From: an uncultured bacterium
Lineage (GTDB): Bacteria; Margulisbacteria; WOR-1; CAZGTC01
Reading direction: 5' to 3'
NCBI GenBank assembly: GCA_964528395.1
Contig: CAZGTC010000009.1
Span: 1,304 to 65,303 of the forward strand
DNA: 64,000 nt
Shown: in pieces, positions 9,771 to 20,867 of the stretch
Numbering within the stretch: position 1 is the stretch's first letter
How the letters are laid out: every line of letters starts with the position of its first letter
Program-made: the position numbers and the translations under genes
Notes under the pieces: model-generated
Database searches by the model: none
Told to the model about the DNA's origin: nothing
Seen by the model: only the letters and a program-made list of their open reading frames with translations

Positions 9771-10157
9771 TTAGGTCTTTTGCTCTTTTCTGCGGCCAGA
9801 CCCCACAGTTACCCTGCGGCCCCTTTTGGTGCGGGCATTGGTCTTGGTCCTTTGGCCGCGGGCTGGAAGTTTTTTCCTGTGGCGCATGCCGCGATAACAA
9901 CTGATTTCCATCAGGCGCTTAATATTCATAGAAACTTCTTTGCGCAAGTCCCCTTCAACCAAAATCCCTAAATCTTTTATGGCTTCGCGCAATTTGCGGC
10001 TATCGTCTTCAGAAAGCTCATCGGTTTTTATTTCTGGATCAATATGGGCAGCAGCGCATACTTCGAGCGCTAATTTAGGGCCAATGCCGTAAATATAAGT
10101 CATGGCAGCTTTGAGCCTTTTTTTCCTTGGTAAATCAACCCCAGCAACACGTACCAT
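9771..10157 (-). CDS. rpsM: 30S ribosomal protein S13
   Basis: [28 protein letters not shown]. Confidence 0.98.
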   Translation of the reverse strand: MVRVAGVDLPRKKRLKAAMTYIYGIGPKLALEVCAAAHIDPEIKTDELSEDDSRKLREAIKDLGILVEGDLRKEVSMNIKRLMEISCYRGMRHRKKLPARGQRTKTNARTKRGRRVTVGSGRRKEQKT

Positions 10158-10181
10158 TATGTCTTTCTCCTTCTTTTATTT

Positions 10182-10295
10182 TTAGCCTTGCCTTTGCTTA
10201 TGCTTTGGATTAACGCAAATCACGCGCAAACATCCGTGGCGCTTAATCATTTTGCACTTCTGGCATATTTTTTTAACTGATGCTCGTGTTTTCAT
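10182..10295 (-). CDS. rpmJ: 50S ribosomal protein L36 (missed by the ORF track, 37 aa)
   Basis: Translated by hand: [37 protein letters not shown]; canonical position between infA and rpsM. Confidence 0.97.
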   Translation of the reverse strand: MKTRASVKKICQKCKMIKRHGCLRVICVNPKHKQRQG

Positions 10296-10318
10296 AGTAT
10301 TTTTTCTCCTAAAAAAAT

Positions 10319-10540
10319 TTATTTAACCCGGTAAATTATCCTTCCGCGAGTCAAATCATACGGCGATAATTCTAATTTTACGCTGTCTCCCGGAAGAATA
10401 CGGATAAAATTCTTGCGAATTTTTCCCGAAACATGCGCCAAAATAATCTGTCCGGTTTCTACCTTTACCCTAAATAAAGCATTGGGCAAAGATTCTACAA
10501 TCTTTCCTTCCAGCTCAATGACATCTTTATTCTTGGCCAT
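10319..10540 (-). CDS. infA: Translation initiation factor IF-1
   Basis: [27 protein letters not shown]. Confidence 0.98.
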   Translation of the reverse strand: MAKNKDVIELEGKIVESLPNALFRVKVETGQIILAHVSGKIRKNFIRILPGDSVKLELSPYDLTRGRIIYRVK

Positions 10541-10541
10541 A

Positions 10542-11294
10542 TTAACTTAATACCTTTGTCAAAATTTCTGGATTACCACTCGTAATCAAAATCGTATGCT
10601 CAAAATGGACTGAAACTTTACTATCCTCGGTTACAATCGTCCAGCCGTCTTCTTTGGTAACAATGCGATGCGTTCCCATGTTTAACATTGGTTCAATCGC
10701 AAAAACCATGCCAGCCAAAAGAACCGGCCCTTTATGCGGCTCTCCAAAATTCGGGATAAGCGGGTCTTCGTGCAATTCTTTTCCAATCCCGTGCCCGAAT
10801 AAATCCCGAACCACTGTAAACCCGGCTTTTTGCGCGGTTTTTTCAATGGCATGGGAAATATCTCCCAAATGGTTCCCGCAGCGCGCTTGTTTGATCCCGG
10901 CCTGCAAAGCTGCTTTGGTAGTCTTGACCAGCTTTTCCACTTTTTTGGGAACTTGGCCAATCATAACACTGATTGCCCCATCCCCATAATACCCATCGCA
11001 CAAAGCTCCGACATCTACGCTCAAAACATCGCCATTTTTCAATTGGCGGACATTGGGTATAGCATGTACAACTTCTTCGTTCACCGATAAGCAAGTGGCG
11101 CTGGGATAACCCCGATAGCCTTTGAATGCTGGCTGGGCGCCTTTTTTTATCAAAAGATCTTCAGCAATTTTATCTATATCCAGGGTGCTGATGCCCTCTT
11201 TTATTTGCGGCTCAAGCTCTTTTAAAACTTCGGCTACAATCCGGCTTGACCGCCTAATTTTTTCTATCTCATCCGCATTTTTAATTTTTATCAT
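10542..11294 (-). CDS. map: Methionine aminopeptidase type I
   Basis: [24 protein letters not shown]. Confidence 0.97.
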   Translation of the reverse strand: MIKIKNADEIEKIRRSSRIVAEVLKELEPQIKEGISTLDIDKIAEDLLIKKGAQPAFKGYRGYPSATCLSVNEEVVHAIPNVRQLKNGDVLSVDVGALCDGYYGDGAISVMIGQVPKKVEKLVKTTKAALQAGIKQARCGNHLGDISHAIEKTAQKAGFTVVRDLFGHGIGKELHEDPLIPNFGEPHKGPVLLAGMVFAIEPMLNMGTHRIVTKEDGWTIVTEDSKVSVHFEHTILITSGNPEILTKVLS

Positions 11295-11935
11295 GCTTGA
11301 ATAGACTGGCGCACAGCTAAAAAAACTTTTTCCGGATCCCGACTGCCATCTATATTCATTAACAAATTCTTCGCTTGATAAAAATCAATCAAAGGCTTGG
11401 TGCTTTTTTCATACACTTCAAAGCGCTGTTGAATTGTTTCGGGCTGGTCGTCATCCCTTTGGTATAACCCGGACCCGCACTTATCGCACACATTTTCTTT
11501 TTGCGCAGGAGTATATTTAACATGGTATACTGCTCCGCAACTTTTACAGCTGCGCCGTCCGGAAAGCCTCTCCACCACCACATCCAGCGGCACATTAATG
11601 TACAAAACCCCGTTTAATTTCAATTTGGAATCCGCGAACATCTTTTCCAGCGCTTCGGCCTGAACCAGATTACGCGGAAAACCATCCAAAATAAAACCAT
11701 TTTTGCAATCTGCCTGGCGGATTCTTTCTTTGGTCAAAGCAATGGATATTTCATCTGGCACCAGCTTGCCTTGGTTCATAAAAGATTCCACTTGCTGGCC
11801 AATCGCATTTTTTTCGCGCACTGCTATCCTTAACAAATCCCCGACAGAAATATGCGGCAAATCCAGTTCCTGCTGCATTTTTTTGGCTTGCGTGCCTTTG
11901 CCTGATCCCGGGGGCCCGAGCAAGACAAATATCAT
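11291..11935 (-). CDS. adk: Adenylate kinase (zinc-LID)
   Basis: GPPGSGKGTQ, LDGFPR, CKSC/CDKC, QRDDD. Confidence 0.98.
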   Translation of the reverse strand: MIFVLLGPPGSGKGTQAKKMQQELDLPHISVGDLLRIAVREKNAIGQQVESFMNQGKLVPDEISIALTKERIRQADCKNGFILDGFPRNLVQAEALEKMFADSKLKLNGVLYINVPLDVVVERLSGRRSCKSCGAVYHVKYTPAQKENVCDKCGSGLYQRDDDQPETIQQRFEVYEKSTKPLIDFYQAKNLLMNIDGSRDPEKVFLAVRQSIQA

Positions 11936-13194
11936 GCTAATAACCCCTCGTATTGGCGCGCGACCAAATGAGTTTCGATCTGGCGCACCAAATCCAAAGC
12001 TACTCCCACCATAATCAAAAGCGCCGTGCCCCCTAAACCTTGGAAGCTGGTAATCCGGGTAAGTTTTTCTACAATAGTCGGGACAATCGCAATCAGGGCT
12101 AGAAATAACGCGCCCACCAAAGTCAAGCGCGTAATGATATATTCCAAATATTCTGCTGTGGGCTTGCCCGGACGGATGCCCATAATAAATCCGCCGTATT
12201 TTTTTATGTTCTCTGCCAATTCAACCGGATTAAAAGTAATGGCAGTATAAAAATAAGTAAAGAAAAAAATCAGCGCAAAAAACATAAACATATACAAATA
12301 GCCTCCTGGAGAAAGCCATTGGGATATGCTTTGCATTAAAGGAACCGGGATAAATTGCGCCAAAGTGGCTGGGAACAATAAAACCGACGAAGCAAAAATA
12401 ATCGGAAGCACCCCGCCCTGGTTAATCCGCAAAGGAATATAAGTAGCTTGTCCGCCGTACATTTTGCGGCCAACAATGCGCTTGGCATACTGCACTTGAA
12501 TCCTTCTTTGCCCTTCTTGGATATAAACAATACCGATAATCATGACAATAAAAGCCAAAAGCAAAAATACTACCCCAATAATCGAGGCTCCGCCTTTGAC
12601 CAAAGTTACGGTATTTAAAATATAAGCCGGGATGCGCGTAATAATTCCGATAAAAATAATCAGCGATGCGCCGTTGCCGATCCCGCGCTCGGTAATAAGC
12701 TCGGCAAACCACATAACTAAAGCTGTGCCTGCGGTTAAAGAAGCCACTGTCCCAATAAAAAATATCGGGAAGCTGTAATCCACCAGCATAACTCCTTTTA
12801 ACCAAAACGCCATGCCGGATGCCTGGAACATGGATAAAACAATAGTCAGATAGCGGGTATATTGGGAAATCTGCTTGCGGCCAGAATCGCCTTCTTTGCT
12901 CAAGCGCTCCAGCTGCGGAACCACAATGGTTAAAAGCTGCATAATAATAGAAGCATTGATATAAGGAATAATCCCCATGGCAAAAATAGAAAAGCGCATC
13001 AAGGCGCCGCCGGAAAATAAATCCAAAAATCCCAAGAGGTTCGCTTTCCCAAAAAGGGCTTCCAGCTTAAGGGTATCAACCCCGGCCACAGGAATATGCG
13101 CGCCGAAGCGGAAAATCAAAATCACCCCTAGGGTGTAGAGGATTTTTTTCCTTAGGTCCGGTATGTTATATATGCTTCTTAAGAAATTGAGCAC
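11932..13194 (-). CDS. secY: Preprotein translocase SecY
   Basis: FALG-like FAMGIIPYINASII, GIGNGASL, GGTALLIMVGV. Confidence 0.98.
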   Translation of the reverse strand: MLNFLRSIYNIPDLRKKILYTLGVILIFRFGAHIPVAGVDTLKLEALFGKANLLGFLDLFSGGALMRFSIFAMGIIPYINASIIMQLLTIVVPQLERLSKEGDSGRKQISQYTRYLTIVLSMFQASGMAFWLKGVMLVDYSFPIFFIGTVASLTAGTALVMWFAELITERGIGNGASLIIFIGIITRIPAYILNTVTLVKGGASIIGVVFLLLAFIVMIIGIVYIQEGQRRIQVQYAKRIVGRKMYGGQATYIPLRINQGGVLPIIFASSVLLFPATLAQFIPVPLMQSISQWLSPGGYLYMFMFFALIFFFTYFYTAITFNPVELAENIKKYGGFIMGIRPGKPTAEYLEYIITRLTLVGALFLALIAIVPTIVEKLTRITSFQGLGGTALLIMVGVALDLVRQIETHLVARQYEGLLA

Positions 13195-13628
13195 AAAATC
13201 GCTTGGCCTCCTGATTTTTCGATCGCTTCTTTGGCAGAGGCAGAAAAAGCATGGGCAGAAACTTTTAGGGCTTTTTCTATTTTTCCGCTGCCCAAAATTT
13301 TTATCAATTCGCCGCTCTTAGATAAGCCAGACTTAATAAAAGATTCAAGGTTCACTTCGTTTTCAAAAACATTCAAGTCGCGCAGGTTAATGCCGCGGAA
13401 TTTTTTGGTAAAAGTTAAATTCTTGAAGCCTTTATCCTTTGGAAAACGCCGGTAAATCGGATTTTGTCCGCCTTCAAACCCCGGACGGCTGCCCCCGCCA
13501 GTGCGGCTGTTCTGGCCTTTATGCCCTCTGCCGCAAGTTTTTCCCCGACCCGCAGAAAGCCCGCGGCCTACGCGGATCCTTTTTTTCTTAGCCCCGTATT
13601 TTGGTTTTAATGTGCCTAATTGGTACAT
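13179..13628 (-). CDS. rplO: 50S ribosomal protein L15
   Basis: RVGRG..GRGKT.GRGHKGQ, GFEGGQ. Confidence 0.97.
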   Translation of the reverse strand: MYQLGTLKPKYGAKKKRIRVGRGLSAGRGKTCGRGHKGQNSRTGGGSRPGFEGGQNPIYRRFPKDKGFKNLTFTKKFRGINLRDLNVFENEVNLESFIKSGLSKSGELIKILGSGKIEKALKVSAHAFSASAKEAIEKSGGQAILCSIS

Positions 13629-13631
13629 GAA

Positions 13632-14171
13632 CTATTCTTCTCCTTTTGCCCCAACATAAAAAATATCCAATTTTTTATTGCGGTATTTTTCTTCGGTTTC
13701 TTGGTTTTTTATGCTGCGCAATGCTTCAATAGTGGCGCGCCCCAAGCCAATCGGGCTGCGCGAACCCAAAGATTTTCCTACAATATCTTTTATCCCGGCT
13801 AATTCCAAGACAATGCGCATAGGCCCGCCGGCAATAACTCCGGTTCCGCGCGGCGCTGGCTTCAATAATACTTTGCTGGCTCCCATTGCATAATAAATAT
13901 CATGCGCAATAGTTGTGCCGATAATATTTATTTTGATTAAGCTTTTTTTGGCTTTTTCTACGCCCTTGCGGATCGCAGATGAAACTTCTGAAGCTTTTCC
14001 CACGCCAAAACCAACTTCGCCGTTTTGGTTCCCAACTACTACGGTTGCGCGAAAGCCCATTTTTTTGCCGCCGGTAATAACCTTGGTAACGCGGTCAATT
14101 TTTACTACTTTTTCCTGAAATTCTTTTACTTTATCATCTGATGAAAATTTTTCTTGCAATGAATCAGCCAC
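13632..14171 (-). CDS. rpsE: 30S ribosomal protein S5
   Basis: [24 protein letters not shown]. Confidence 0.97.
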   Translation of the reverse strand: MADSLQEKFSSDDKVKEFQEKVVKIDRVTKVITGGKKMGFRATVVVGNQNGEVGFGVGKASEVSSAIRKGVEKAKKSLIKINIIGTTIAHDIYYAMGASKVLLKPAPRGTGVIAGGPMRIVLELAGIKDIVGKSLGSRSPIGLGRATIEALRSIKNQETEEKYRNKKLDIFYVGAKGEE

Positions 14172-14181
14172 TTTTTCCTCC

Positions 14182-14499
14182 TTAAAAATCCAAACCGTTT
14201 TCCCGGGCGCTATCCGCCAGGGCTTTTATTTTTCCATGATACGGGAACCGTCCGCGGTCAAAAACCACTTTTTTAATGCCTTTTTCCAAAGCTTTTTTGG
14301 CCAGGTCTTTTCCTACAATTTTAGCTGATGCAATCGTCTTGCTTTTTTCCCCTAAAGAAGAAGCCGCGCATAAAGTCTTTCCTTCTTCATCATTAATAAT
14401 CTGGGCATAAAGATATTTCAAGCTGCGGTAAATCGACAGCCGAGGACGCGCGCTCGAACCTTTGATATGCGTTTTTTGCGATCGTTTTTCTTTTTTCAT
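14182..14499 (-). CDS. rplR: 50S ribosomal protein L18
   Basis: [13 protein letters not shown]...YHG; start trimmed to ATG 14499 downstream of the rplF stop. Confidence 0.95.
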   Translation of the reverse strand: MKKEKRSQKTHIKGSSARPRLSIYRSLKYLYAQIINDEEGKTLCAASSLGEKSKTIASAKIVGKDLAKKALEKGIKKVVFDRGRFPYHGKIKALADSARENGLDF

Positions 14500-14503
14500 A
14501 AGA

Positions 14504-15055
14504 TTATTTTGCTCCTGCGGTTTTGGCAGCTTTTCCAGCCTTGCGGCGGATATACTGGCCAGGATAGAAAATACCCTTAGCTTTATACGGTTCAACCGGC
14601 CGCAATTCCTTGATATTTGCCGCCATTTGCCCGACCATTTGCTTATCTGATCCAACTACCTTTATTTTGGTTTGGCCTTCGACTATAAATTCAATGCCTT
14701 TGGGCGGATCTATTTCTATGGGATGCGAAAACCCCAACTGGAAAACCAATTTCGCGCCTTGCTTGGATACGCGATATCCAACCCCTGACATTTCCAAAGA
14801 TTTTTCAAAGCCTTTGGTCACGCCGATAACGGCTGAATTTAAAAGCGCCCGCACTAACCCGTGCGCAGCCTTGGCTTTTTTGTTATCGGTCTTGCGCTTT
14901 ACCTGCAGGTGATTTTCTTCTTTTGCTACTTCAATGCCCAAAGGAATAGCCACTTCTAAAGACCCTTTCGGGCCAGAAACAACTACCTTGCTTAATTCAA
15001 TATTAACCTTGACTTCATTTGGAACATTTACTGGCAAACGCCCGATTCTAGACAT
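14504..15055 (-). CDS. rplF: 50S ribosomal protein L6
   Basis: [27 protein letters not shown]. Confidence 0.98.
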   Translation of the reverse strand: MSRIGRLPVNVPNEVKVNIELSKVVVSGPKGSLEVAIPLGIEVAKEENHLQVKRKTDNKKAKAAHGLVRALLNSAVIGVTKGFEKSLEMSGVGYRVSKQGAKLVFQLGFSHPIEIDPPKGIEFIVEGQTKIKVVGSDKQMVGQMAANIKELRPVEPYKAKGIFYPGQYIRRKAGKAAKTAGAK

Positions 15056-15064
15056 TTTTATCTC

Positions 15065-15463
15065 CTACCAAATCTCAAATAATAATTCCCCGCCCAATTT
15101 TTTTTGGCGCGCTTCTTTTGCGCTAAAAACCCCTTGGGAGGTGGAAATTACCGATATTCCAAAACCTGCTTTGACCGGATGGATATCCCGAGCCGAAATA
15201 TAAACCCGGCACGATGGACGGCTTACTCTTTTAAAACCGCTGATTAAAGGGATTTTATTGCGGCGATAACGCAAAGTAGCCCGCAATATCTTTCGGCTGC
15301 CTTTGGATAAAATTTCAGTTCTTTCAAGAAAACCTTCTTGGCCCAAAATATGCAAAATCTTTTCTTTAATAATAGAATGCGGAATATCTGCGGCTTTTAA
15401 GCCTCTTTGCTGGGCATTGTTAATCCTGCTTAATAAATCCGCAATTCCATCGGTTACTGGCAT
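15065..15463 (-). CDS. rpsH: 30S ribosomal protein S8
   Basis: DGIADLLSRINNA, SRPSCRVY, ISTSQG, GGE. Confidence 0.97.
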   Translation of the reverse strand: MPVTDGIADLLSRINNAQQRGLKAADIPHSIIKEKILHILGQEGFLERTEILSKGSRKILRATLRYRRNKIPLISGFKRVSRPSCRVYISARDIHPVKAGFGISVISTSQGVFSAKEARQKKLGGELLFEIW

Positions 15464-15473
15464 TTATTTCCTC

Positions 15474-15659
15474 CTACCAACTAGCTTTTTTCACGCCCGG
15501 GAGCAATCCCTGATGCGCGTATTTTCTAAAACAAATCCGGCACAAGCCAAACTTGATCATATAACTTCTGACCCGGCCGCAGCTAAAACAACGGTTGATC
15601 TTGCGCGTCTTAAACTTCGGCTTGCGTTTTAATCTCTCCCACCAAGATGTTTTGGCCAT
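15474..15659 (-). CDS. rpsN: 30S ribosomal protein S14 type Z (zinc)
   Basis: [23 protein letters not shown]. Confidence 0.97.
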   Translation of the reverse strand: MAKTSWWERLKRKPKFKTRKINRCFSCGRVRSYMIKFGLCRICFRKYAHQGLLPGVKKASW

Positions 15660-15673
15660 CTTTTCCTCCTAAA

Positions 15674-16213
15674 TTACTTTCTGAAAGGAAAACCCAGTTC
15701 TTCAAAAAGAGCTTTGGCTTCCTCATCCTTTTTTGCGCTAGTGCAAATAATAATATCCATGCCGCGGGCCTTATCCACTTTATCGTAATTGATTTCCGGG
15801 AAAATCAGCTGTTCTTTTATCCCTAAAGTATAATTGCCTTTGCCGTCAAAAGACTTGGGGTTTATCCCCTTGAAGTCGCGGATGCGGGGCAGGCAGATAT
15901 TGATCAGCTTATCCATAAAATGGTACATGCGGTTGCCGCGCAAAGTTACCTTGCAGCCAATCGGCAGGTCTTTCCTGATTTTAAAAGCAGCAATCGCTTT
16001 TTTGGCCTTGGTAATTAAAGGCTTTTGCCCGGTAATTTGGACTAATTCTTCGGTGGCAATATCCATGGCCTTGGAATTTTGGGTTACTTCCCCTACTCCA
16101 CGGTTAATCACTATTTTTAAAAGGCGCGGGACCTGCATAACATTTTCATAATGAAAGCGCTCCTGCATCTTTTTTATGATTTCTTTCTGGTATTTTTCTT
16201 TTAAAGTTTTCAC
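15674..16213 (-). CDS. rplE: 50S ribosomal protein L5
   Basis: [30 protein letters not shown]. Confidence 0.98.
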   Translation of the reverse strand: MKTLKEKYQKEIIKKMQERFHYENVMQVPRLLKIVINRGVGEVTQNSKAMDIATEELVQITGQKPLITKAKKAIAAFKIRKDLPIGCKVTLRGNRMYHFMDKLINICLPRIRDFKGINPKSFDGKGNYTLGIKEQLIFPEINYDKVDKARGMDIIICTSAKKDEEAKALFEELGFPFRK

Positions 16214-16226
16214 AAGCTAGCTCCTC

Positions 16227-16520
16227 TTAATTCTTATCCACTAATTCCTGGCATTTTTTACAAATACGGTTTCCGCCAATGCGGGTGGGCTTATGGCAGC
16301 GCGGGCAGATCAACATAACCTTATCTGCTGGCAGCGCCATTGGCCGGTCAATAATCCCGCCCTTGAATTTTTGCGAAGGCTTTTGGTGCTTTTTCACCAA
16401 AGCAACCCCTTCAACAATCAATTTACCTTGATCTTTCAAAATCCGCAGGACTTTGCCTTTTTTGCCTTTGTCTTTTCCAGAAAGAACGATTACCGTATCA
16501 TTTTTTTTCAGGCGTCTCAA
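16227..16520 (-). CDS. rplX: 50S ribosomal protein L24
   Basis: KOW LSGKDKGKKGKV; C-terminal CPRC..CKKC. Confidence 0.96.
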   Translation of the reverse strand: MRRLKKNDTVIVLSGKDKGKKGKVLRILKDQGKLIVEGVALVKKHQKPSQKFKGGIIDRPMALPADKVMLICPRCHKPTRIGGNRICKKCQELVDKN

Positions 16521-16521
16521 T

Positions 16522-16890
16522 CTAAATTACCTCCGGTGCCAATGAAATGATTTTCATGTATCCGCGATCCCTTAATTCTCGAAAAATCGGACCGAACACG
16601 CGCGTGCCAACCGGGTTTCCGGTATTGTCAATAATTACGCAGGCATTTTCATCACAACGAATATACGACCCATCCGAACGCTTAATTTGGTTTTTGGTCC
16701 GTACCACTACTGCCCTGACGATCTTAGCTTTGGCAACTGTCATGCCTGGAGTTGCATCTTTTACTACCACAACAATTACATCTCCAATACCAGCATAACG
16801 GCGGTTGGATGATCCCAAAATCCTGATGACCAGAACTTCTTTAGCTCCGGAATTGTCGGCTACTCTTAATCGGCTTTCCTGCTGAATCAT
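16522..16890 (-). CDS. rplN: 50S ribosomal protein L14
   Basis: MIQQES, ADNSGAK, GTRVFGP, SLAPEV. Confidence 0.98.
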   Translation of the reverse strand: MIQQESRLRVADNSGAKEVLVIRILGSSNRRYAGIGDVIVVVVKDATPGMTVAKAKIVRAVVVRTKNQIKRSDGSYIRCDENACVIIDNTGNPVGTRVFGPIFRELRDRGYMKIISLAPEVI

Positions 16891-16896
16891 TGTTGC

Positions 16897-17154
16897 TTAA
16901 GCTTTTCCTTTCGTTAAAATCTCAACTACCCGCCAGCATTTTTCTTTTGAAATCGGACGGGTTTGCATGAGCGCAACTTCATCCCCGATTTTGCAAGTAT
17001 TTTCTTCATCGTGCGCTTTGAAACGAGATTTGCGGTTCACTTGCTTTTTATACAAAGGGTGCGCAACTTTACGCAATACTTCTACTACAACGGTTTTATT
17101 CATCTTATTGCTAATGACTGTTCCATTGACGCATTGCCGCAAATTTCTTTCCAT
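16897..17154 (-). CDS. rpsQ: 30S ribosomal protein S17
   Basis: SNKMNKTVVV, AHDEEN, TRPISK. Confidence 0.97.
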   Translation of the reverse strand: MERNLRQCVNGTVISNKMNKTVVVEVLRKVAHPLYKKQVNRKSRFKAHDEENTCKIGDEVALMQTRPISKEKCWRVVEILTKGKA

Positions 17155-17157
17155 AAA

Positions 17158-17367
17158 TTACCTCTTTTTACTTTCCAATTGCTTTTCTCGTAAAATTGTC
17201 AGGATCCGGGCAACTTCTTTGCGCTGCAAGCGGATTTCCCGGATATTTTTTAGCTGGCTGGAAGCCTTTTTAATCCTAAGCTTAAGAAGTTCATTGCGCT
17301 TTTCCTGCAATTTAGCCTGCAGTTCTTTTTCATTTAACTGGCGCAGTTCCTTAATTTCCATTTGCAA
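17158..17367 (-). CDS. rpmC: 50S ribosomal protein L29
   Basis: ELRQL, RKEVARILT; position between rplP and rpsQ. Confidence 0.93.
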   Translation of the reverse strand: MQMEIKELRQLNEKELQAKLQEKRNELLKLRIKKASSQLKNIREIRLQRKEVARILTILREKQLESKKR

Positions 17368-17369
17368 AT

Positions 17370-17780
17370 TTACTCCTTAACCACAATTTTGGACCTGAAG
17401 GGCAGCTTATGCGCAGCTCTTTTCAAGGCTTCATGCGCTAGATCCGGCTGGACCCCGCCCAATTCAAAAACAATATGCCCGGGCTTAATGCAAGCTGCAT
17501 ATCCCACGGGATCGCCTTTGCCTGAACCCATGCGAGTTTCAGCAGCGCGTGCTGTATAAGGCTTGTCTGCACAGCAGCGGATCCAAACCCTTCCACCACG
17601 CTTCAAATAGTGCGTAATGGCTTTTCGGGCAGATTCGATTTGATTAGTTTTGAGCCATAAGGATTCAAGCGACATTAAGCCATATTCCCCAAAAACAATC
17701 GTATTGCCAGCAGTGGCACAGCCTTTCATCCGGTTGCGCTGTTGTTTCCTGAATTTAGTTTTTTTTGGAATCAATCCCAT
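17370..17780 (-). CDS. rplP: 50S ribosomal protein L16
   Basis: PKKTKFRKQQR, QIESAR, RMGSGKG. Confidence 0.98.
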   Translation of the reverse strand: MGLIPKKTKFRKQQRNRMKGCATAGNTIVFGEYGLMSLESLWLKTNQIESARKAITHYLKRGGRVWIRCCADKPYTARAAETRMGSGKGDPVGYAACIKPGHIVFELGGVQPDLAHEALKRAAHKLPFRSKIVVKE

Positions 17781-17786
17781 AGTTTT

Positions 17787-18467
17787 TTACTTTTGCTCCT
17801 CGTCTTTTTTCTTGTTTTCATCCTTTTTATTATTTTTATCAATAACCTCGCCTCGGAAAATCCAAACCTGAATACCGATTTTCCCATAAACCGTCAAGGC
17901 TTCGGCAAAACCATAATTGATATCCGCCCGCAGGGTATGCAACGGCACCCGGCCTTTGCGGTACCACTCCTTGCGCGCAATGTCCGAACCATTCAAGCGT
18001 CCAGCCACCCTGATTTTCATGCCTTTGGCTGCTCCGCTTCTTAGGGTTTTGGTCAGGGCCTGCTTCATGGCTTTGCGGTAAGCTACACGCTTTTCCAATT
18101 GCAAGGCAATATTTTCTGCTACCAGCTGGGAACATAAGTCTGGATTGGGTTCTTCTTTGATATTAACCTGGATCTGTTTTTTGACCAGCTTGATGAGTTG
18201 ATCCCTTAAAATGGTAATATCTTTGCCGCTTTTGCCGATAATTAAACCTGGGCGCGCCGCATAAATATCCAATTCAATCTGGTTGGCGCGGCGTGCAATT
18301 TTTACGCGGGAAACCCCAGCACGATATAGTCTTTGCTTAATAAAATTCCTTATCCTAAGATCCTCTTCCAATAATCCTGCATAATTGTATTGCGAATACC
18401 AATAAGCATCCCAATCTTCAATTATGCCCAATCTCAATCCGCGGGGATGTACCTTCTGTCCCATCAA
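17787..18467 (-). CDS. rpsC: 30S ribosomal protein S3
   Basis: MGQKVHP, GRLNG, VPLHTLRADI; start could be 18464. Confidence 0.98.
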   Translation of the reverse strand: MMGQKVHPRGLRLGIIEDWDAYWYSQYNYAGLLEEDLRIRNFIKQRLYRAGVSRVKIARRANQIELDIYAARPGLIIGKSGKDITILRDQLIKLVKKQIQVNIKEEPNPDLCSQLVAENIALQLEKRVAYRKAMKQALTKTLRSGAAKGMKIRVAGRLNGSDIARKEWYRKGRVPLHTLRADINYGFAEALTVYGKIGIQVWIFRGEVIDKNNKKDENKKKDEEQK

Positions 18468-18809
18468 TTACTCCTTTTCTGAAGAAGCAACTGCCACAAT
18501 AATATGGCAGCTTCTCTTTTTTCTTGGAAAAGCCCTTCCGCGCGCGCGCGGACGGATACGCTTAAGCATCGGTGCATCATTAATCTCCACATGGCTCAAT
18601 TGCAAGCTCTCTTCTTTTAATTTGTAATTATGCACGGCATTCGCCATGGCGCTTTTTATAACATCCGCCAAAAGAACAGCTCCCTTATGCGGCATGAATT
18701 TAAGGATTGTCATGGCCGTCTGTGCTTTTTTGCCTCGGACCAAATCCGCGATCCTGCGCACCTTGCGGGCGGATATTCTTTGCCATTTTGCTTTTGCTTT
18801 ACATTCCAT
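18468..18809 (-). CDS. rplV: 50S ribosomal protein L22
   Basis: RISARKVR, SAMANA, PRARGRA. Confidence 0.97.
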   Translation of the reverse strand: MECKAKAKWQRISARKVRRIADLVRGKKAQTAMTILKFMPHKGAVLLADVIKSAMANAVHNYKLKEESLQLSHVEINDAPMLKRIRPRARGRAFPRKKRSCHIIVAVASSEKE

Positions 18810-18820
18810 AAATTTAATTC

Positions 18821-19099
18821 CTATGTCGGTGGCGGCGCAGCTTTTTCTTTTGGAGAACTATGGCCTTTAAAAGTCCGGGTCGGCGAAAATTCTCCCAGCT
18901 TATGCCCAACCATATTTTCTGCAATATAAACCGGGATATGCTTTTTGCCGTTATGCACAGCAATCGTAATCCCGACCATTTCTGGAATAATCGTTGACCG
19001 TCTTGACCAAGTTTTTATAACTTTTTTATCTCCGCTTTTTAAAATCTTCTGCAGGAGATGCTCATCTACAAAAGGCCCTTTTTTTAACGATCTGCCCAT
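18821..19099 (-). CDS. rpsS: 30S ribosomal protein S19
   Basis: [27 protein letters not shown]. Confidence 0.98.
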   Translation of the reverse strand: MGRSLKKGPFVDEHLLQKILKSGDKKVIKTWSRRSTIIPEMVGITIAVHNGKKHIPVYIAENMVGHKLGEFSPTRTFKGHSSPKEKAAPPPT

Positions 19100-19941
19100 T
19101 ACCCGTTTCTCCTTTTTCTTTTGATCATAATCAACTTATCGCTGTGTTTCTTAGGCTTGCGGGTGAACTGGCCTAGGACTTGGGTTCTCCAGCGATTCGA
19201 AGGCGCTCCGCCGGTACCAGTTTTTCCTTCTCCGCCGCCATGCGTATGGTCGCAAGGATTCATGGCTACTCCGCGCACCTTGGGACGCAATCCGCGATGG
19301 CGAGATTCCCCGGCTTTTCCTAAAACCTTATTAATCTCTTCAATATTTCCCACTTGGCCGATCGTTGCCCGGCAATCAATCAGGACTTTTCTTTGTTCTC
19401 CAGAAGGCATGCGCAAAATAGCGTATTTATCTTTTTCTTCTTTAGCCACTAAATAAATGGCGGCCCCGGCAGAGCGGCCCATTTGCCCGCCCCGGCCAGG
19501 ATACATTTCTACATTATGCACAACTGAACCAACTGGAATGTTTTTTAACGGCATGGCATTGCCAGAGCGGATTTCGGATTGGGGGCCTGACGTTAAAATA
19601 TCATCCACTTTTACTCCCAATGGAGCTAAAATATAACGCTTTTCCCCGTCGCGGTAAAACAGCAATGCAATCCGCGCATTGCGGACTGGATCATATTCAA
19701 TTGACGCAACTCTCGCTGGGATATTATCTTTATCGCGCTTAAAATCAATCAAGCGGTAAAAGCGCCGGCTGCCTCCGCCGCGCCCTTCAACGCTAACCCT
19801 TCCGCCGCCTCCCCGGCCGCCTGTCTTATACATGCGCCTTAAGAGGGATTTTTCCGGCGTTTGCGTAGTGATATCTGCATAATTATCCGCAACCGCATGA
19901 CGCACTCCAGCTGAAGTCGGATTTTTTTTCATTAAAGCCAT
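19099..19941 (-). CDS. rplB: 50S ribosomal protein L2
   Basis: [29 protein letters not shown]. Confidence 0.98.
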   Translation of the reverse strand: MALMKKNPTSAGVRHAVADNYADITTQTPEKSLLRRMYKTGGRGGGGRVSVEGRGGGSRRFYRLIDFKRDKDNIPARVASIEYDPVRNARIALLFYRDGEKRYILAPLGVKVDDILTSGPQSEIRSGNAMPLKNIPVGSVVHNVEMYPGRGGQMGRSAGAAIYLVAKEEKDKYAILRMPSGEQRKVLIDCRATIGQVGNIEEINKVLGKAGESRHRGLRPKVRGVAMNPCDHTHGGGEGKTGTGGAPSNRWRTQVLGQFTRKPKKHSDKLIMIKRKRRNG

Positions 19942-19943
19942 GG

Positions 19944-20234
19944 TTATATTACCTTTTCCAAAAGATCAATTTTTTGGCCCGGAGCTAATTGGACATAAGC
20001 TTTTTTCCAAGAACTTTTCTTGCCCTGGAAACGGCCCATGCGCGCTTCTTTTCCCCGGCAAAAGCAAGTATTCACGGACAAAACTTTTACTTTGAAAAAA
20101 TTTTCTACGGCCTTTTTTATCTCCGGCTTATTCGCACCAGGGATAACCCTGAAAATATAACGGTTAGTTGCTTTTACCAGCGAAGCTTTTTCTGTGATCA
20201 AAACCGAGCGGATAATTTCTTTCTGGCTAGACAT
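19944..20234 (-). CDS. rplW: 50S ribosomal protein L23
   Basis: ITEKA, ANKPEIKKAVE, WKKAYV. Confidence 0.96.
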   Translation of the reverse strand: MSSQKEIIRSVLITEKASLVKATNRYIFRVIPGANKPEIKKAVENFFKVKVLSVNTCFCRGKEARMGRFQGKKSSWKKAYVQLAPGQKIDLLEKVI

Positions 20235-20862
20235 TTTTATACCGCTCCTCCATTTTTAAAAGCGCATTCTTGGTAACTACCAAATAATTATTTTTTAGCA
20301 AGCGGAAAATATTTATGGCTTGGAAATCGCATAAATCCGCCAGTTTAAAATTCCCGATCGCCCGATTCAAAGTAGTATCTTTTTCCGCATTAACAAACAA
20401 AGCTTTATTATTAACACCAATTAATTTTTGAAAAATCTGCGCGAAATCCTTAGTTTTGCCAGACTCTACGTTCAGATTATCCAAAACCAATATTTTTTTA
20501 TCGCGAAACTTATCCGATAAGACTACGCGGATTGCCTGGCGCCGGGCTTTTTGGTTTATTTTCAGGTGAAAGTTGCGCGCTGGAGTTGGGCCAAAAGTTA
20601 CTCCACCACCCCGCCATAACGGGGAACGGATAGATCCAACACGCGCCCTTCCGGTACCTTTTTGCTTCCAGGGTTTTTTGCCGCCGCCCCTTACCTGTCC
20701 GCGGTTTTTGGTGCTGGCAGTTGCCTTGCGCTGGTTTGCCAGATATGCCACAAGCGCTTCGTGCACCAAAGCATCATTTCTCTTCTGGCCAAAAAGATCC
20801 TCGCTGACAGTTATCTTTTCAACTATTTTTCCTTCAGTATCTTTTACTTCAAGCTCCAACAC
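20227..20862 (-). CDS. rplD: 50S ribosomal protein L4
   Basis: TKNRGQVRGGG, KPWKQKGTGRAR, WRGGG. Confidence 0.98.
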   Translation of the reverse strand: MLELEVKDTEGKIVEKITVSEDLFGQKRNDALVHEALVAYLANQRKATASTKNRGQVRGGGKKPWKQKGTGRARVGSIRSPLWRGGGVTFGPTPARNFHLKINQKARRQAIRVVLSDKFRDKKILVLDNLNVESGKTKDFAQIFQKLIGVNNKALFVNAEKDTTLNRAIGNFKLADLCDFQAINIFRLLKNNYLVVTKNALLKMEERYKNV

Positions 20863-20867
20863 TTTTT

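Noticed and set aside
13629-13631. rpmD between rpsE and rplO
   Set aside because: Only 3 nt separate the genes.
14499-14655. Long N-terminal extensions given by the ORF track for rplR (also tuf, rpsG, dnaX, lexA, ahcY)
   Set aside because: They overlap upstream genes or promoters; downstream ATGs with SD or overlap geometry match the canonical protein starts.
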